Shown piece by piece: positions 45,190 through 55,786 of a stretch of DNA of 64,000 nucleotides. The position numbers and the translations under genes are program-made. Positions within the stretch are counted from its first letter, which is position 1; every line of letters begins with the position of its first letter. The notes under the pieces were generated by a model. It worked only from the letters and a program-made list of their open reading frames with translations, did no database searches and had not been told where the DNA came from. This DNA is from a virus (Duplodnaviria > Caudoviricetes): the IMG/VR virus record IMGVR_UViG_3300024259_001623, one strand, 5' to 3'.

Positions 45190-46398
45190 TTACTTTTCGT
45201 TGACTTTGATACCGTTCATAACATAATCAAAATAAACTCTGAAAGTAGTCGTGCCGACTGTGAATGCCTCATCAACGACCTTCTTCCAAACTCTCAGATT
45301 ACTATCCCTATCGACAGTATACGAAGTTACATAATCTTCATCGCCGGCAACCAAATCGGCTTCCAGATACAGCGTATCTTCGTCTACGTATACATAAGCC
45401 GTATCTCCAGGCTTCAGTCCCATTTCCTTAACGAAACAGTTAGGAATACAGAGTCTTCCATAACTGTCTCTGGAAACGATTCTAGGCTCCAAAAGTTCTT
45501 CATCTTCATCAAAATCATCGTCAGCGTCATCCTCTTCGGCGGTATCTTCGTCAGCATCAGCGTCAAAATCGTCAAAAGGATTGACATCTTCATCGCCATC
45601 TTCGTCAAAAGGATCGACAGCGACTTCTTCATCGTCGTTTACGTAATCCTCATCCTGAGCATCAAACAAAGTATCTTGTCTGGGAGCATCGCATTCCTCG
45701 ATGACATCATAACCGCAAGTTCTCATCTTCTCTTGGGAATAGTCAACCGGAACCGATACAACATCGGCAGGATTAACCTTAACCAAAATCAGCTTGCCCG
45801 TAGAACTATAAAACTCCGAAGCATACTTGAATGCGGCAACGTGAAGACCGCTAGAACAAGTAACATTACGATCAGTATTAACGCTCTCTCTTGGCATTTC
45901 CACTCTGGTACCAGGCGAGTTATCAAACTGATGAGTATGCAAATCCTTGAAATCTGCATCTACCTTCTTATAGGCAACGAAACAGCCATCCTTGGTAATT
46001 GGAATACCATTATGGTTCAGGAAATCATACAAATCCGTAACTGCTTCTGGCAGAGGATTGTCTTGGATATTCTCCCAGAACTTAACCAACGGAGAATAAT
46101 CAAGCCCTGCTTCTGCGAACTCGATAACTCTATTGCTCAACGCATTGGGCATAGGAACGGGTTCAACAGCATCAAGGTAAACAATACCATCCAAAACGTA
46201 GAAATCTCCGCATGGATGCTTTTGCAGCTTCGTAGAAACATCAAAAGTCTCCAATGCTTCAACTGGCTTGTTCTGCATTACCAACTTCTTGATCTTTTCA
46301 AACTCAGGATGAGTATTCTTGACAGTTTTCATCCCATCAGAAAAAACCATTACAATCGATTCATCTGTTACAATCGAGTTCACATACTTTCCAGTCAT
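45190..46398 (-). CDS. rIIB: rIIB-like protein with acidic linker and C-terminal AbrB/MraZ-like domain
   Basis: NP...DLYDFL...PITKDG-x-F-x-AYK, CSSGLH, VKVNPADVVSVP-x-DY...KMR; DSYGRLCIP...GLKPGD. Confidence 0.8.
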   Translation of the reverse strand: MTGKYVNSIVTDESIVMVFSDGMKTVKNTHPEFEKIKKLVMQNKPVEALETFDVSTKLQKHPCGDFYVLDGIVYLDAVEPVPMPNALSNRVIEFAEAGLDYSPLVKFWENIQDNPLPEAVTDLYDFLNHNGIPITKDGCFVAYKKVDADFKDLHTHQFDNSPGTRVEMPRESVNTDRNVTCSSGLHVAAFKYASEFYSSTGKLILVKVNPADVVSVPVDYSQEKMRTCGYDVIEECDAPRQDTLFDAQDEDYVNDDEEVAVDPFDEDGDEDVNPFDDFDADADEDTAEEDDADDDFDEDEELLEPRIVSRDSYGRLCIPNCFVKEMGLKPGDTAYVYVDEDTLYLEADLVAGDEDYVTSYTVDRDSNLRVWKKVVDEAFTVGTTTFRVYFDYVMNGIKVNEK

Positions 46399-46444
46399 TT
46401 TTTGTTCCTTTCTTAAAATTGCCTTTATATATTATAGCATTATT

Positions 46445-48706
46445 TTACGCAGTTTGCAACTCTTTTTTCTCTACTTCATCCTCTTTTCTGTCCTCCAGGT
46501 CAGGGATAATCGCCTCTTGAGACTTTTTTAATTGAGATTCTTTTAACAATTCAATTCCGTTTATATAATCTGCAACCTTTTCAGCCATCTTATTCACTGC
46601 TTTAGCATCATAGCAATAAAAGTTCATATTTCTCAACAACGGATATCTTTGTATAACATAATCGTATAAATCTTTCAAATCTGCTCTGGAATTTTTTACT
46701 TCAATAGTAATACCCAACAAACGAGCCATATTCGTAATCTTCTTTTGCAATGCCACATTCTTCTGGCATTCCAAAGACAATTTAAGATACCTAAAGAGTT
46801 CTGTATCTGTATCATTTAACAAAGCTGGCAAGCACTTAAAAACATCTGAGCCATTATAAAGCTGGCCGAATATACTATATTCTATATTAGTCAAACTCAA
46901 GCATTCATCAACAACCTTCTGGTCTTTGATAAGAAGATCAAACTCTTTTCTCATTTTATCTTCTAGTTTAACCCAACCAGCACCAGCCTTTTTGACAAAT
47001 CTTGTTGGGATACCATGCAAATCCCATTTTCTATTAGTACCAAATATATTTAAATGTGTTTGCAAGGCCGTATAAGAGATTCTCTTCTCATTAATAATCG
47101 CCTCTCTATTTTTGATTTCGACATAAACTCCAGTATCATTTGCCAAATCTTTTTCTGTTTCTAACCAGGCTTCAGACTTATAATAAGAATTAGGATTGAA
47201 TTGCCTAACTCTAGTCATTTTGCAACCGCTATTGTTACCGGAACTGCCGAATCTAGCAACTTTAGATTTATCAATAGTAGACAACTTAATATAATCAAAC
47301 TGCTCAAAATTATCAGACTTATCCAAAGAAGCCAAAGCATCTTTAGCCTTTTTAGGATCAACAGGTAGAATAACAGCATACACAAAAGATGTATCAGGCT
47401 CATCATTGAATAAGGTCTGGACTCTTTGAGAACTACCTCTTTTTGTTCCTGTATCATCTACGCAGATAATACTATCTGTCATAAAATCAATAGCCCAAAT
47501 TTCTTTTTTCTTCAAAGAGAATCCACCGATATTATCGGTTTTCATCTCGAATCTATAAGCATTTACTCCATGTTGCCTTACATTCATATTATCATGAGTA
47601 ATTTTAACACCTTTCCATTCAACAGACAAAATTAACTCATTATAATCGTTTCTTATTTTTTTCCAATTACATTTTGCTTCCCAAAGATTTTTGGAATCCT
47701 TGATCTTGTCTTGCAATTTCTCTCTAATTTCATCGTAAACCTCATCCATCCTTTCTGTGAGCTTTACATTTGTTTTGCTTTCTGGACCTTTTCCATAATC
47801 CAAATCTTCTCTATTAGCGGTAACAGATAACTCTCCGACATCGAAGAACATCCTAATTCTATGACCAGCTAATCTTTTATGCTCAGAAGTCATTGAGAAG
47901 GAATGCTGATTTACAGTATATGGAATACCATCAACAATTGCAACAATATTATCTTGAGAATAATAGTTATTGCTCTTACCTTCTACGAACCAATTATCTC
48001 CCTCAAACTCTCTATTAAACTCTTTCCATTTCCAATTTGGATAGCCCTTAATCTCAGGACGAACTTCCCAATACTTTCCAACATGCCTTACCCATTCTTC
48101 AAAGAGATGGAAATCTTTCTCTAGAGCAGTAATAGAAATCTTTGTTCCTTGAGGCTCATCTGTAACCTCAGAAGACGCACAAATCATCTTGCCAATGCCT
48201 GACTCATCAATATAAGCGATATATTGACGACAAACCAAAACATTCTTATGAACCTTAATGACCTTCCCATCAGGAGACTTCTCTTCATAAGATTCAGATG
48301 GAGTTATACTAACAATAGTAAAGGTATCAGTATAAGCGAAAGGAGTTTTCGCTCCCAAGCCGAATCCACCAGTTTGAACATTGTCTATTCTTTTGGTAGA
48401 TGCCCCATACTTAATGAAAATATCAGTCATTCGTTCTGGCGTGATGCCTGGACCGAAATCTTTGATATAGAATTCAGTATCGACACGATTAGGTAACTTA
48501 ACCTCAATAGGTAAATCGCCCTTTCCTACTTCTCTATGAGCATCTCGACCATTGCTCATAATCTCTTGACAGATAGCTTTAATCGGATTGCTATACATCT
48601 TATCTCTGAGGATACTCATAATAATAGCCTTATCGCCAATATCAAAGTAATCCTCAGAGAATTCGCCGGTCTTCTGAATGTTACGCCTTACATCATCAAG
48701 CTTCAT
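46445..48706 (-). CDS. rIIA: rIIA-like protein (GHKL/Hsp90-type ATPase N-terminus)
   Basis: LYSN-like MYSNPI...EIMSNGRDAH, DFGPGI, YGASTK, GGFGLGAK-x-PFAYTD; adjacent to rIIB. Confidence 0.85.
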   Translation of the reverse strand: MKLDDVRRNIQKTGEFSEDYFDIGDKAIIMSILRDKMYSNPIKAICQEIMSNGRDAHREVGKGDLPIEVKLPNRVDTEFYIKDFGPGITPERMTDIFIKYGASTKRIDNVQTGGFGLGAKTPFAYTDTFTIVSITPSESYEEKSPDGKVIKVHKNVLVCRQYIAYIDESGIGKMICASSEVTDEPQGTKISITALEKDFHLFEEWVRHVGKYWEVRPEIKGYPNWKWKEFNREFEGDNWFVEGKSNNYYSQDNIVAIVDGIPYTVNQHSFSMTSEHKRLAGHRIRMFFDVGELSVTANREDLDYGKGPESKTNVKLTERMDEVYDEIREKLQDKIKDSKNLWEAKCNWKKIRNDYNELILSVEWKGVKITHDNMNVRQHGVNAYRFEMKTDNIGGFSLKKKEIWAIDFMTDSIICVDDTGTKRGSSQRVQTLFNDEPDTSFVYAVILPVDPKKAKDALASLDKSDNFEQFDYIKLSTIDKSKVARFGSSGNNSGCKMTRVRQFNPNSYYKSEAWLETEKDLANDTGVYVEIKNREAIINEKRISYTALQTHLNIFGTNRKWDLHGIPTRFVKKAGAGWVKLEDKMRKEFDLLIKDQKVVDECLSLTNIEYSIFGQLYNGSDVFKCLPALLNDTDTELFRYLKLSLECQKNVALQKKITNMARLLGITIEVKNSRADLKDLYDYVIQRYPLLRNMNFYCYDAKAVNKMAEKVADYINGIELLKESQLKKSQEAIIPDLEDRKEDEVEKKELQTA
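46452..46457 (-). promoter_or_regulatory. -35 box of a sigma70-like promoter (TTGCAA-N17-TATAAT) for rIIB
   Basis: TTGCAA ACTGCGTAAAATAATGC TATAAT on minus strand. Confidence 0.5.
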
Positions 48707-48780
48707 CTGTTTTCCCTTCTAAAAATATAGTTTTCCTTGCCATCCACCGATTTCATGTCGATTTTCAGGGACTTCTGGAA

Positions 48781-49752
48781 TCAGGCTAAAAATTTATTTG
48801 TTAACTGGCAAGCATTGTTGTAATCTTGGCAAACGTCTAAACAGTTTTTATTACAGATGTTATCCTTTTTGCAGTCATGTTTCTTAGACCATTCCATTCT
48901 TTCTTGTCTCATATTCTCTCCGACTTGACCAATGGCTCTACCTCCTTCTCTAAAGTAGATCACACAAGGATAATGCTTACCTTGAACGATCATCGAGTCA
49001 TCTTTAGCAATGTGGCAAACATTAGTATCAATCTTTCTCAAACCTCTGACGTTTCTGCCCTTTTTGATGTTATTGACTCTATACTTCAAAATAGGATGCT
49101 GATTTAAGATTTCATCGCTTATCTTAGAAGCGGACTCTAACAAGAAATTTTCTTGTGCGGAAGAAATTATTCTTATATCAGCCACACCTAATCCATGAGC
49201 GAAGTCAACAATCTTAATCATATTCTTATAATTTTGGTCTGTTATTACAACGCCAACAGTAACATACGTTAACTTAGACAACATCTTAATGTTATCAATT
49301 ACTGTATTCCCAAAATTCTTTTTGCCAGACATCTCATCAATATCTCCAGAGCAACATCCATCTAAAGATATGGAAAAATCATTTACGCCTGCCTTTACCA
49401 ACTCTTTATACAGATCAGCTTTAGCAGAACCATTTGTAGAGATAGCGATTTTTTCTACACCAGCAGACTTTGCCGCCGATACAATCTCGAACAAGCCCTT
49501 GTGAGTTGTTGGTTCGCCACCAGAATATCGTATGTTCTTCAAACCATCAGAAGCCCATAACTGAGTAATTTCGATAGCCCTTTCAGTAGACAAAACGCCT
49601 TGCGCCCCTTTCTTCATGCCTCTACAGTAAGGACACTTGAAATTACATTTGTCTGTGATGATTAATTCACATCTCCACATAGGAGAGGTAGCGCTTACGT
49701 TAACCGCTCTCTCATCGCATAATGTATAAAATCCTATATCTTCCAATTTCAT
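48781..49752 (-). CDS. Radical SAM protein (MoaA/NifB/PqqE-like)
   Basis: CNFKCPYC, SGGEPT, ISTNG, SISLDG. Confidence 0.88.
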   Translation of the reverse strand: MKLEDIGFYTLCDERAVNVSATSPMWRCELIITDKCNFKCPYCRGMKKGAQGVLSTERAIEITQLWASDGLKNIRYSGGEPTTHKGLFEIVSAAKSAGVEKIAISTNGSAKADLYKELVKAGVNDFSISLDGCCSGDIDEMSGKKNFGNTVIDNIKMLSKLTYVTVGVVITDQNYKNMIKIVDFAHGLGVADIRIISSAQENFLLESASKISDEILNQHPILKYRVNNIKKGRNVRGLRKIDTNVCHIAKDDSMIVQGKHYPCVIYFREGGRAIGQVGENMRQERMEWSKKHDCKKDNICNKNCLDVCQDYNNACQLTNKFLA

Positions 49753-49832
49753 TGTCTTACCCTTTCTAAAAATATTTTGCGTTGCAGTTACCCAAAAAGC
49801 GATTCAGAATTCAGGGATAAAACAGAAAATTG

Positions 49833-50603
49833 CTATTTCAACCTTTTTTGGGCGAAATCTACATATTTTTCATCTATGTCTATCCCAATTCCATTTACAT
49901 TTAATTGTTTTGCTGCCACCATAGTTGATCCGACCCCAACCATAGGGTCCAATACAACCATATCATCTTCAACGCCGTGAAGTTCTATACATTTTTTCGC
50001 TAATGCTACAGGGAAAATCGCTGGATGCTTACCCTTCTCTTTCTTAGAGTTAATAGTATCATAAGGTATGTACCAGACATCCCCAGCACATCGCTTATCC
50101 TTCTTAACGCTTTTCCATCTGTTTACATTACCTTTGAAGGTATATGGAACTCCAACGGACAACCTATCGATTTCGACTTCCCCAGTATTTGTTAAATGAA
50201 AAATATATTCAAAGTTATGATTCAGATATCTTTTGCTATTGATCGGCTTAAAATGCCCGAAACTTTTTTCCCCAATACTAATATTCTTGACCCACATAAT
50301 AGTATTTTGCAGTATAAAATGATTTCTCAATATACCTGACATATCGTAAGGTAGCCAAGGATCGGAACTGGATGCTCCTATATTAAGGAAAAACGAACCA
50401 TTAAGCTTCATAGTTCTTTTAATCTCTACTAATACTTTTTCTACCCATTTAAGATATTCTTTCCTTGGTTTATCATCTTTATACGTATTGTATTTTATTT
50501 TCAGATTATAAGGAAAGCTCGTTACGACAACATCAACCGATTCTTTGTCAATTTCAGGTAACTTTGTTAGACAATCACCTAATATAATATTTTGATTACT
50601 CAT
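49833..50603 (-). CDS. N6-adenine/N4-cytosine DNA methyltransferase (beta class)
   Basis: GDCL, TSFPY (variant of SPPY), HPAIFP, VLDPMVGVGST. Confidence 0.88.
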   Translation of the reverse strand: MSNQNIILGDCLTKLPEIDKESVDVVVTSFPYNLKIKYNTYKDDKPRKEYLKWVEKVLVEIKRTMKLNGSFFLNIGASSSDPWLPYDMSGILRNHFILQNTIMWVKNISIGEKSFGHFKPINSKRYLNHNFEYIFHLTNTGEVEIDRLSVGVPYTFKGNVNRWKSVKKDKRCAGDVWYIPYDTINSKKEKGKHPAIFPVALAKKCIELHGVEDDMVVLDPMVGVGSTMVAAKQLNVNGIGIDIDEKYVDFAQKRLK

Positions 50604-50674
50604 AAATAATCTCCTTATTATATTAGATCGTACTTCGACTTAAAAAGTATTAATTAGTAATGAAGTGAAGTGAC

Positions 50675-52393
50675 TTATTTTTGCAAAAATTGTAAAACTC
50701 TTTGGGCGTTATTCATCAAAGAATACCAATTACTATCGCCACATGCCGTTTTAATCATATTGCAAATACTATTAAATGCTAATTCATACTCGCTTTGATA
50801 AGTATCGCTATAATCACCACCCATTCTAGTATATTCACCTTTTGGCAAATGTCCTTGCCTAGAATCTAACCACTCAGTGACTTGTTTTAAAAATCCGCTT
50901 GGTGCATTTCCATAAACTGTATTTTCTGCTAAAGCTAATGATTGCCCCTCATCGTTCTCAAATCTTCTAATTAAAATACGAGCAAGAGGGTGTTCTATAT
51001 CTTCATCATTATCTTCTATCAAATATGCTATCAAACCGCCTTCTGCAACTTCACAAAAAACATTTTGGTGATAACTTCCTTCACCTAATTCCATACAAGA
51101 TTTCCAATCTCTTCCTGTTGACATACTTCCTATATCATGAATATCTTGTGAAATAACAATATTAAGTTTTGATTTCTTGCCAGAACGTCTATTAGTAGAA
51201 TTCATGAAAAGATTTTTAAGATTTTCTATTGTGGAATTAATGTTCACAGACTCTCGTTCAACTTCTTCTGGGTCTTCTGAAGTTTTACGCAATTTTTTTA
51301 TTTCATCACTTCTAATTTTATCTAAAAGTTTACCTATTTTAAAAGTCCTACCATCAAACAAACAATATCCCTTGATATATTCATCAGCAGAAACTTTACA
51401 ATTGTATGATTTCAAAAAATCTGTAACCTGAGAATCATTTTCACTTAGATTTAGGTTAGGATGAAAATCCATATATATTCTATTGCTATCGTTTGTAAAC
51501 CAATCTTTGAAGGGATATTCTTTTCCAACTGCTGCATTTTCTATTTCTCCTTCAAAATCCTCATAATCCACTGTTATATCATCATAACACTTGTCACAAT
51601 ATTCTGCTTCATGATTTTCTACCCAATGCATATTATCTCTATACTCTATTGAACCACACTCAGAACAAATTCCATACTCTCCATTTTCAAAACATTTTTC
51701 ACAGACTAAATCATCATTTGACAGTGTATAATAATTGTCACCTGGCAAAATAACCTCTTCACAATCGTCACATTCTGGATATTTTTTAGAACAATCATCA
51801 CAAACAGGATGGCTTAAAGGTATTTCAAATTTAGAAGCCTTTTCTATATCCTCAAATAAACTGTCTTCTATCTGCTGCGTACTTCTTTGAGAAATCCTAG
51901 ATAATGCATCTACATTGCCACTTTCTATAAACTCTTCTAAATAACGCTTAACAAATAGATAAACTCCATCGCGGCTAGAAAAATAATCCTCTTGACCAAT
52001 GATCTGTGCTAAATTATTAATCTTATCCAGATGAGGTAAAGATTTAATTTGATTAGAAATTATATCTTTAATATTTTCAATATCAGGATTTTCTTTATTA
52101 TATTCAGCAAGATATATATCTATAATATTTTTAACAGCAGCACTAAATTCATGAACATCATTTTCAGTAAAATTTACAGATAGTGAATATGGCAGTCCAT
52201 CACCAGGCTTGTACCAAAAATCTATTTCATTTTCAGAAACAGGTTTTCCACAATCATGACATTTATAAAGAGGAGAGCCTTCCTCATCCTTTCCGACAGG
52301 TTGTTGTTTTTCCTCAACCTGTGAAAAAGGCTTATCAAAAGGATAATAAAGAAGCCTCTGGCGTTGACTGAATTTTATTAAATCAAAATACAT
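50675..52393 (-). CDS. Large hypothetical protein with tandem CxxC Zn-ribbon repeats
   Basis: CDDC...CDDC...CEKC...CSEC...CDKC; C-terminal SMSTGRDWKSCM domain. Confidence 0.7.
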   Translation of the reverse strand: MYFDLIKFSQRQRLLYYPFDKPFSQVEEKQQPVGKDEEGSPLYKCHDCGKPVSENEIDFWYKPGDGLPYSLSVNFTENDVHEFSAAVKNIIDIYLAEYNKENPDIENIKDIISNQIKSLPHLDKINNLAQIIGQEDYFSSRDGVYLFVKRYLEEFIESGNVDALSRISQRSTQQIEDSLFEDIEKASKFEIPLSHPVCDDCSKKYPECDDCEEVILPGDNYYTLSNDDLVCEKCFENGEYGICSECGSIEYRDNMHWVENHEAEYCDKCYDDITVDYEDFEGEIENAAVGKEYPFKDWFTNDSNRIYMDFHPNLNLSENDSQVTDFLKSYNCKVSADEYIKGYCLFDGRTFKIGKLLDKIRSDEIKKLRKTSEDPEEVERESVNINSTIENLKNLFMNSTNRRSGKKSKLNIVISQDIHDIGSMSTGRDWKSCMELGEGSYHQNVFCEVAEGGLIAYLIEDNDEDIEHPLARILIRRFENDEGQSLALAENTVYGNAPSGFLKQVTEWLDSRQGHLPKGEYTRMGGDYSDTYQSEYELAFNSICNMIKTACGDSNWYSLMNNAQRVLQFLQK

Positions 52394-52468
52394 AACAATT
52401 CTCTTATAATTAGTAATTTAGTTCTTTTATTATTTCCAATACAATTGCCAAATTCCTTGTAAATTATA

Positions 52469-52867
52469 TTACTTCTCCTGATATTCTTCTACAAACGACA
52501 ATTTTATATCTAACCAATCCTTAACATTCAAAAAAGACGGGATATCTCTTTCGGTGGCCTGATTTAGCATATTTCTAGTACCTCTGCTATTTTCTATTTC
52601 GGTGGTATAACCCACGACATAATCTGGTTCACCTTCATCCAACATTTGTTTATTTCTTATTGGACCAGCAGATTTTCCATATTTTTTCCAATCAGCAGGA
52701 TATTTTTCGACTATTAATCCTCTTTCGGTGGCACAATTCCTAGCTAAACTATCTGCTCCTTTTGCTTCGCCTTCAATAATTGTGCTGTCATCAGGCAGGG
52801 AATCAATAAACTTTTTTATTGTTTCGGTGTCTGAGAAATTTCTACTTCCGCATATTAATATCTTCAT
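52469..52867 (-). CDS. DUF2493/YspA-like SLOG-family protein
   Basis: ILICGSRNF...GEAKGAD...ADWKKYGKSAGPIRN-x-x-M...GTRNM. Confidence 0.85.
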   Translation of the reverse strand: MKILICGSRNFSDTETIKKFIDSLPDDSTIIEGEAKGADSLARNCATERGLIVEKYPADWKKYGKSAGPIRNKQMLDEGEPDYVVGYTTEIENSRGTRNMLNQATERDIPSFLNVKDWLDIKLSFVEEYQEK

Positions 52868-52868
52868 T

Positions 52869-53477
52869 TCAATCTCCATATTTAGACTTAAACTTAGTTG
52901 ACACATATTTTATAGCGTCTTTGCAGTATAGTCTAGCCATTTCCCTTGTCACACTTAACTCTTTTCCCATCACATCGAAAGTCTTATTTTCAAAAAATCT
53001 CTTTTTGATAACTTTTTTGTACTTATCTGGTGCTTCTTTGATAATAGCCATCATTGCCTTGATTTTTTCTTTACCGATCAAGTCTTCCAGTATATTACTT
53101 TCCACAACAGGTACGAATTGATCTGAGGCGCTATCATCTTCGTTATATTTTTCTGCCATAGCCTCCCTAGAAACGAATCTTGCTTTTCTTTTTTGATTGA
53201 TAGCAAAAACCCTAGCCATGTCTCTACGCATAGCTTTGAAAGCATACGTAATAAACTTTACATTTCTAGTCTTATCAAAGTTTCTGGCTGCATGTATTAA
53301 TCCCCATGTACCAGCTTCAATATAATCATCCATATCCTCATTAGCAGAGGGGAATTTAGAACTAAAGAATCTAAAGACCATATCAACGAGTTTCATATTA
53401 TCTACGACTAATTGCCATTTTTCTTCTGATAGGTCATAATCTCTTTTGTTTTTGATAACTTTATTTTGGTCGATCAT
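52869..53477 (-). CDS. Sigma-70 family RNA polymerase sigma factor
   Basis: Region 2 DDY-x-EAG-x-x-GL-x-x-AA-x-x-FD...KF-x-TYA; region 4 HTH TFDVMGKELSVTRE. Confidence 0.85.
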   Translation of the reverse strand: MIDQNKVIKNKRDYDLSEEKWQLVVDNMKLVDMVFRFFSSKFPSANEDMDDYIEAGTWGLIHAARNFDKTRNVKFITYAFKAMRRDMARVFAINQKRKARFVSREAMAEKYNEDDSASDQFVPVVESNILEDLIGKEKIKAMMAIIKEAPDKYKKVIKKRFFENKTFDVMGKELSVTREMARLYCKDAIKYVSTKFKSKYGD

Positions 53478-53578
53478 TTTACGTACCTCCCATCATTAAA
53501 CGGTGATTATATTGAAAAATTGATGCACAGATAGTGCAAAGATTGAATGTTTTTATTGTTTGAAACGATAGAATGAAA

Positions 53579-54139
53579 TTAGAAAATCTCTGATGTGTTT
53601 TGTGGCTTTCCGAGATTTTGTTGATTTCTATTTTCATTGTTTTCTGGTTGCGTTGTTTCTTGAACTATTATTCCTTGATTTTCTAAATTTACGAGTCCTT
53701 CGACATTGCCTGTTTCATTAGCTTGCTGTTCAGCTTCACTAATTTGATCCATTATACTAGAATCAATTTCGGCTTCCGGCGATGGTTTTCTTCTATCCAT
53801 AAAATAAGTACCATTTCCCACAGCCCAATCCCTACCGGGCTTCTTGCCTCCCTTATCTGGATGCATAACGCTTCTAATAGCCGGGTTATAATTAGGATTC
53901 CTAATCTTACGACCATCATCAAGCATCTCTGAGCCATCAGGATTCAGCATCCAAGGATTTTGCAACTGGTATAAACGCTGCTGCCATCTAGGGATAGGTT
54001 CTTGTTTGCCTAATTCCCAAGCGGCTCGTCCACGTTCGTACAAGTCTTGTCCTTTCTCCCACATATTCGTCAATGAGGAAAACATACCGGATTCTTTGTC
54101 CATTCTCTCGCTAAATTTTTCGGAAAAAACCAATTTCAT
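53579..54139 (-). CDS. Hypothetical protein (contains HPDKGG)
   Basis: ORF track; preceded by putative late-type promoter. Confidence 0.6.
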   Translation of the reverse strand: MKLVFSEKFSERMDKESGMFSSLTNMWEKGQDLYERGRAAWELGKQEPIPRWQQRLYQLQNPWMLNPDGSEMLDDGRKIRNPNYNPAIRSVMHPDKGGKKPGRDWAVGNGTYFMDRRKPSPEAEIDSSIMDQISEAEQQANETGNVEGLVNLENQGIIVQETTQPENNENRNQQNLGKPQNTSEIF

Positions 54140-54214
54140 TTTAATTCACTTAAAAACAATACGTATAATCTTAATTCGGGATAAAGACAGAAAAGCCTTT
54201 AGTAAAAAATTATT

Positions 54215-55237
54215 TTATTTTGGATACCAATTTTTATTTTCTTTAGATAATTCTTCAACTTTTTTGAAAGACACTTTCCCGCTGACGTACAAAATATTAA
54301 CATGATCAAAATGTCTAGCTTGTAACATCTCTAAATGAGTCTCGCCACCGGCTCTCACAACAGTAGAATCATACTCTGCTAATAATAATTGACCAGGACG
54401 GATATTCGGTGGAGTTATAAATATATTCATACCATAACTAGAAATACCACCACGATCAGTAAGTATTCTCATATGTTCCCCAGGGAAAGTAGATTGAAAA
54501 TTATGAATAGTCAAAGTTCTCATATCATTTTCTAATGTTATTCTCTCAGCATTATTTTCAAAACCACGGGCATTCTGGCCTACAGGATATTCGGTACCTG
54601 GTTTTCCAAGTACAACATCAGAACGATCTAATTTATTTGTTTTAACAATAATTCCTATAATATCTGCTGAAAAAGTTACGCTACCGCTTGATGTTGCATT
54701 TTGACTACCAAGAGGATCAAAAAACAAAAAATATGAATCTACCACGGTACCAGCAGGTATAGTTGTGGGATTTCTATCATAATTATTTTCGTAATATCCA
54801 GGCTCATATATGTCTACGTCTACACTTGATGGTAATGAAAAACCATCTTGTTCTATAAAACCATGAATGATAGTGCTACTTTCATATTCATTAAAAACTA
54901 CTGATGGTGGAGGATTAATAATAGTTACACCATTCATCCCCAATGCCCCATCGCTTGTTTGATCTTCATCTTTGGGACATATTAAATTGCCGCTACTATC
55001 TGACCCCATGACTTTAGGAATCCAACTTCTAACATTTGGAAATCTAAAGTTTTCTGGATTTGATCCTGGAGTATGCAACACTTCAAACAAATGATGGAGA
55101 TTGGATCTACAAACAGCGTCATAAGCATGTTCTTTTGCTGCACTTAATGCAGGTAATAAAATAGCCACTAAAAGAGCTATGATCGCTACAACTACAAGCA
55201 TTTCTACTAAAGTAAAACCTTTCTTGATTTTGCTCAT
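54215..55237 (-). CDS. Prepilin-type N-terminal cleavage/methylation protein with C-terminal H-X9-DG-like motif
   Basis: KKGFTLVEMLVVVAIIALLVAILLPAL...A...C-x-SNL; ARH...NILYVSGKV. Confidence 0.88.
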   Translation of the reverse strand: MSKIKKGFTLVEMLVVVAIIALLVAILLPALSAAKEHAYDAVCRSNLHHLFEVLHTPGSNPENFRFPNVRSWIPKVMGSDSSGNLICPKDEDQTSDGALGMNGVTIINPPPSVVFNEYESSTIIHGFIEQDGFSLPSSVDVDIYEPGYYENNYDRNPTTIPAGTVVDSYFLFFDPLGSQNATSSGSVTFSADIIGIIVKTNKLDRSDVVLGKPGTEYPVGQNARGFENNAERITLENDMRTLTIHNFQSTFPGEHMRILTDRGGISSYGMNIFITPPNIRPGQLLLAEYDSTVVRAGGETHLEMLQARHFDHVNILYVSGKVSFKKVEELSKENKNWYPK

Positions 55238-55240
55238 ATT

Positions 55241-55786
55241 TTATCCCCAAATTTGCCAAAACCTTTTCTTTTTTGTTTTTATAATTTCCCGTTTTTCAGC
55301 TATTTTCTCATCTTGCTCTTTTTTGATTCTGTCAAATACATGTTCAAAATCTTTTTTTATTTCTTCAACAACATCATCATAAAAAACATTTTTATGTGCG
55401 ATATTTAATGTCTCTAAATTACCCATATCCTGGATGAGAATACTATCCACATGTGTAACAATAGGGCCAGCAGAACTAGGTATACGTTCACCATATTTTC
55501 TAACGACATGACCATCAATATCTTTGATTCCCCTTTTTAACTTAATAACATAATACGGTCCATTTATGTTTTTTGTATATTGAAAATGTTTTACAATCTC
55601 TTTTACAACTCTGCCAGGAGTGAATATATGAAACGACTTTTTAATATAAATAACTCCTTTGTCATCATCCAATACAATATCTTCTTTATTACAATAATAA
55701 TAATATTCTTGATTCACGATACGGAACTTCAACATTGTTATGTTTTCGTCATCTAATATCACTGTTAATATCTTATTACTTAACAT
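55241..55786 (-). CDS. Hypothetical protein
   Basis: ORF track. Confidence 0.6.
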   Translation of the reverse strand: MLSNKILTVILDDENITMLKFRIVNQEYYYYCNKEDIVLDDDKGVIYIKKSFHIFTPGRVVKEIVKHFQYTKNINGPYYVIKLKRGIKDIDGHVVRKYGERIPSSAGPIVTHVDSILIQDMGNLETLNIAHKNVFYDDVVEEIKKDFEHVFDRIKKEQDEKIAEKREIIKTKKKRFWQIWG

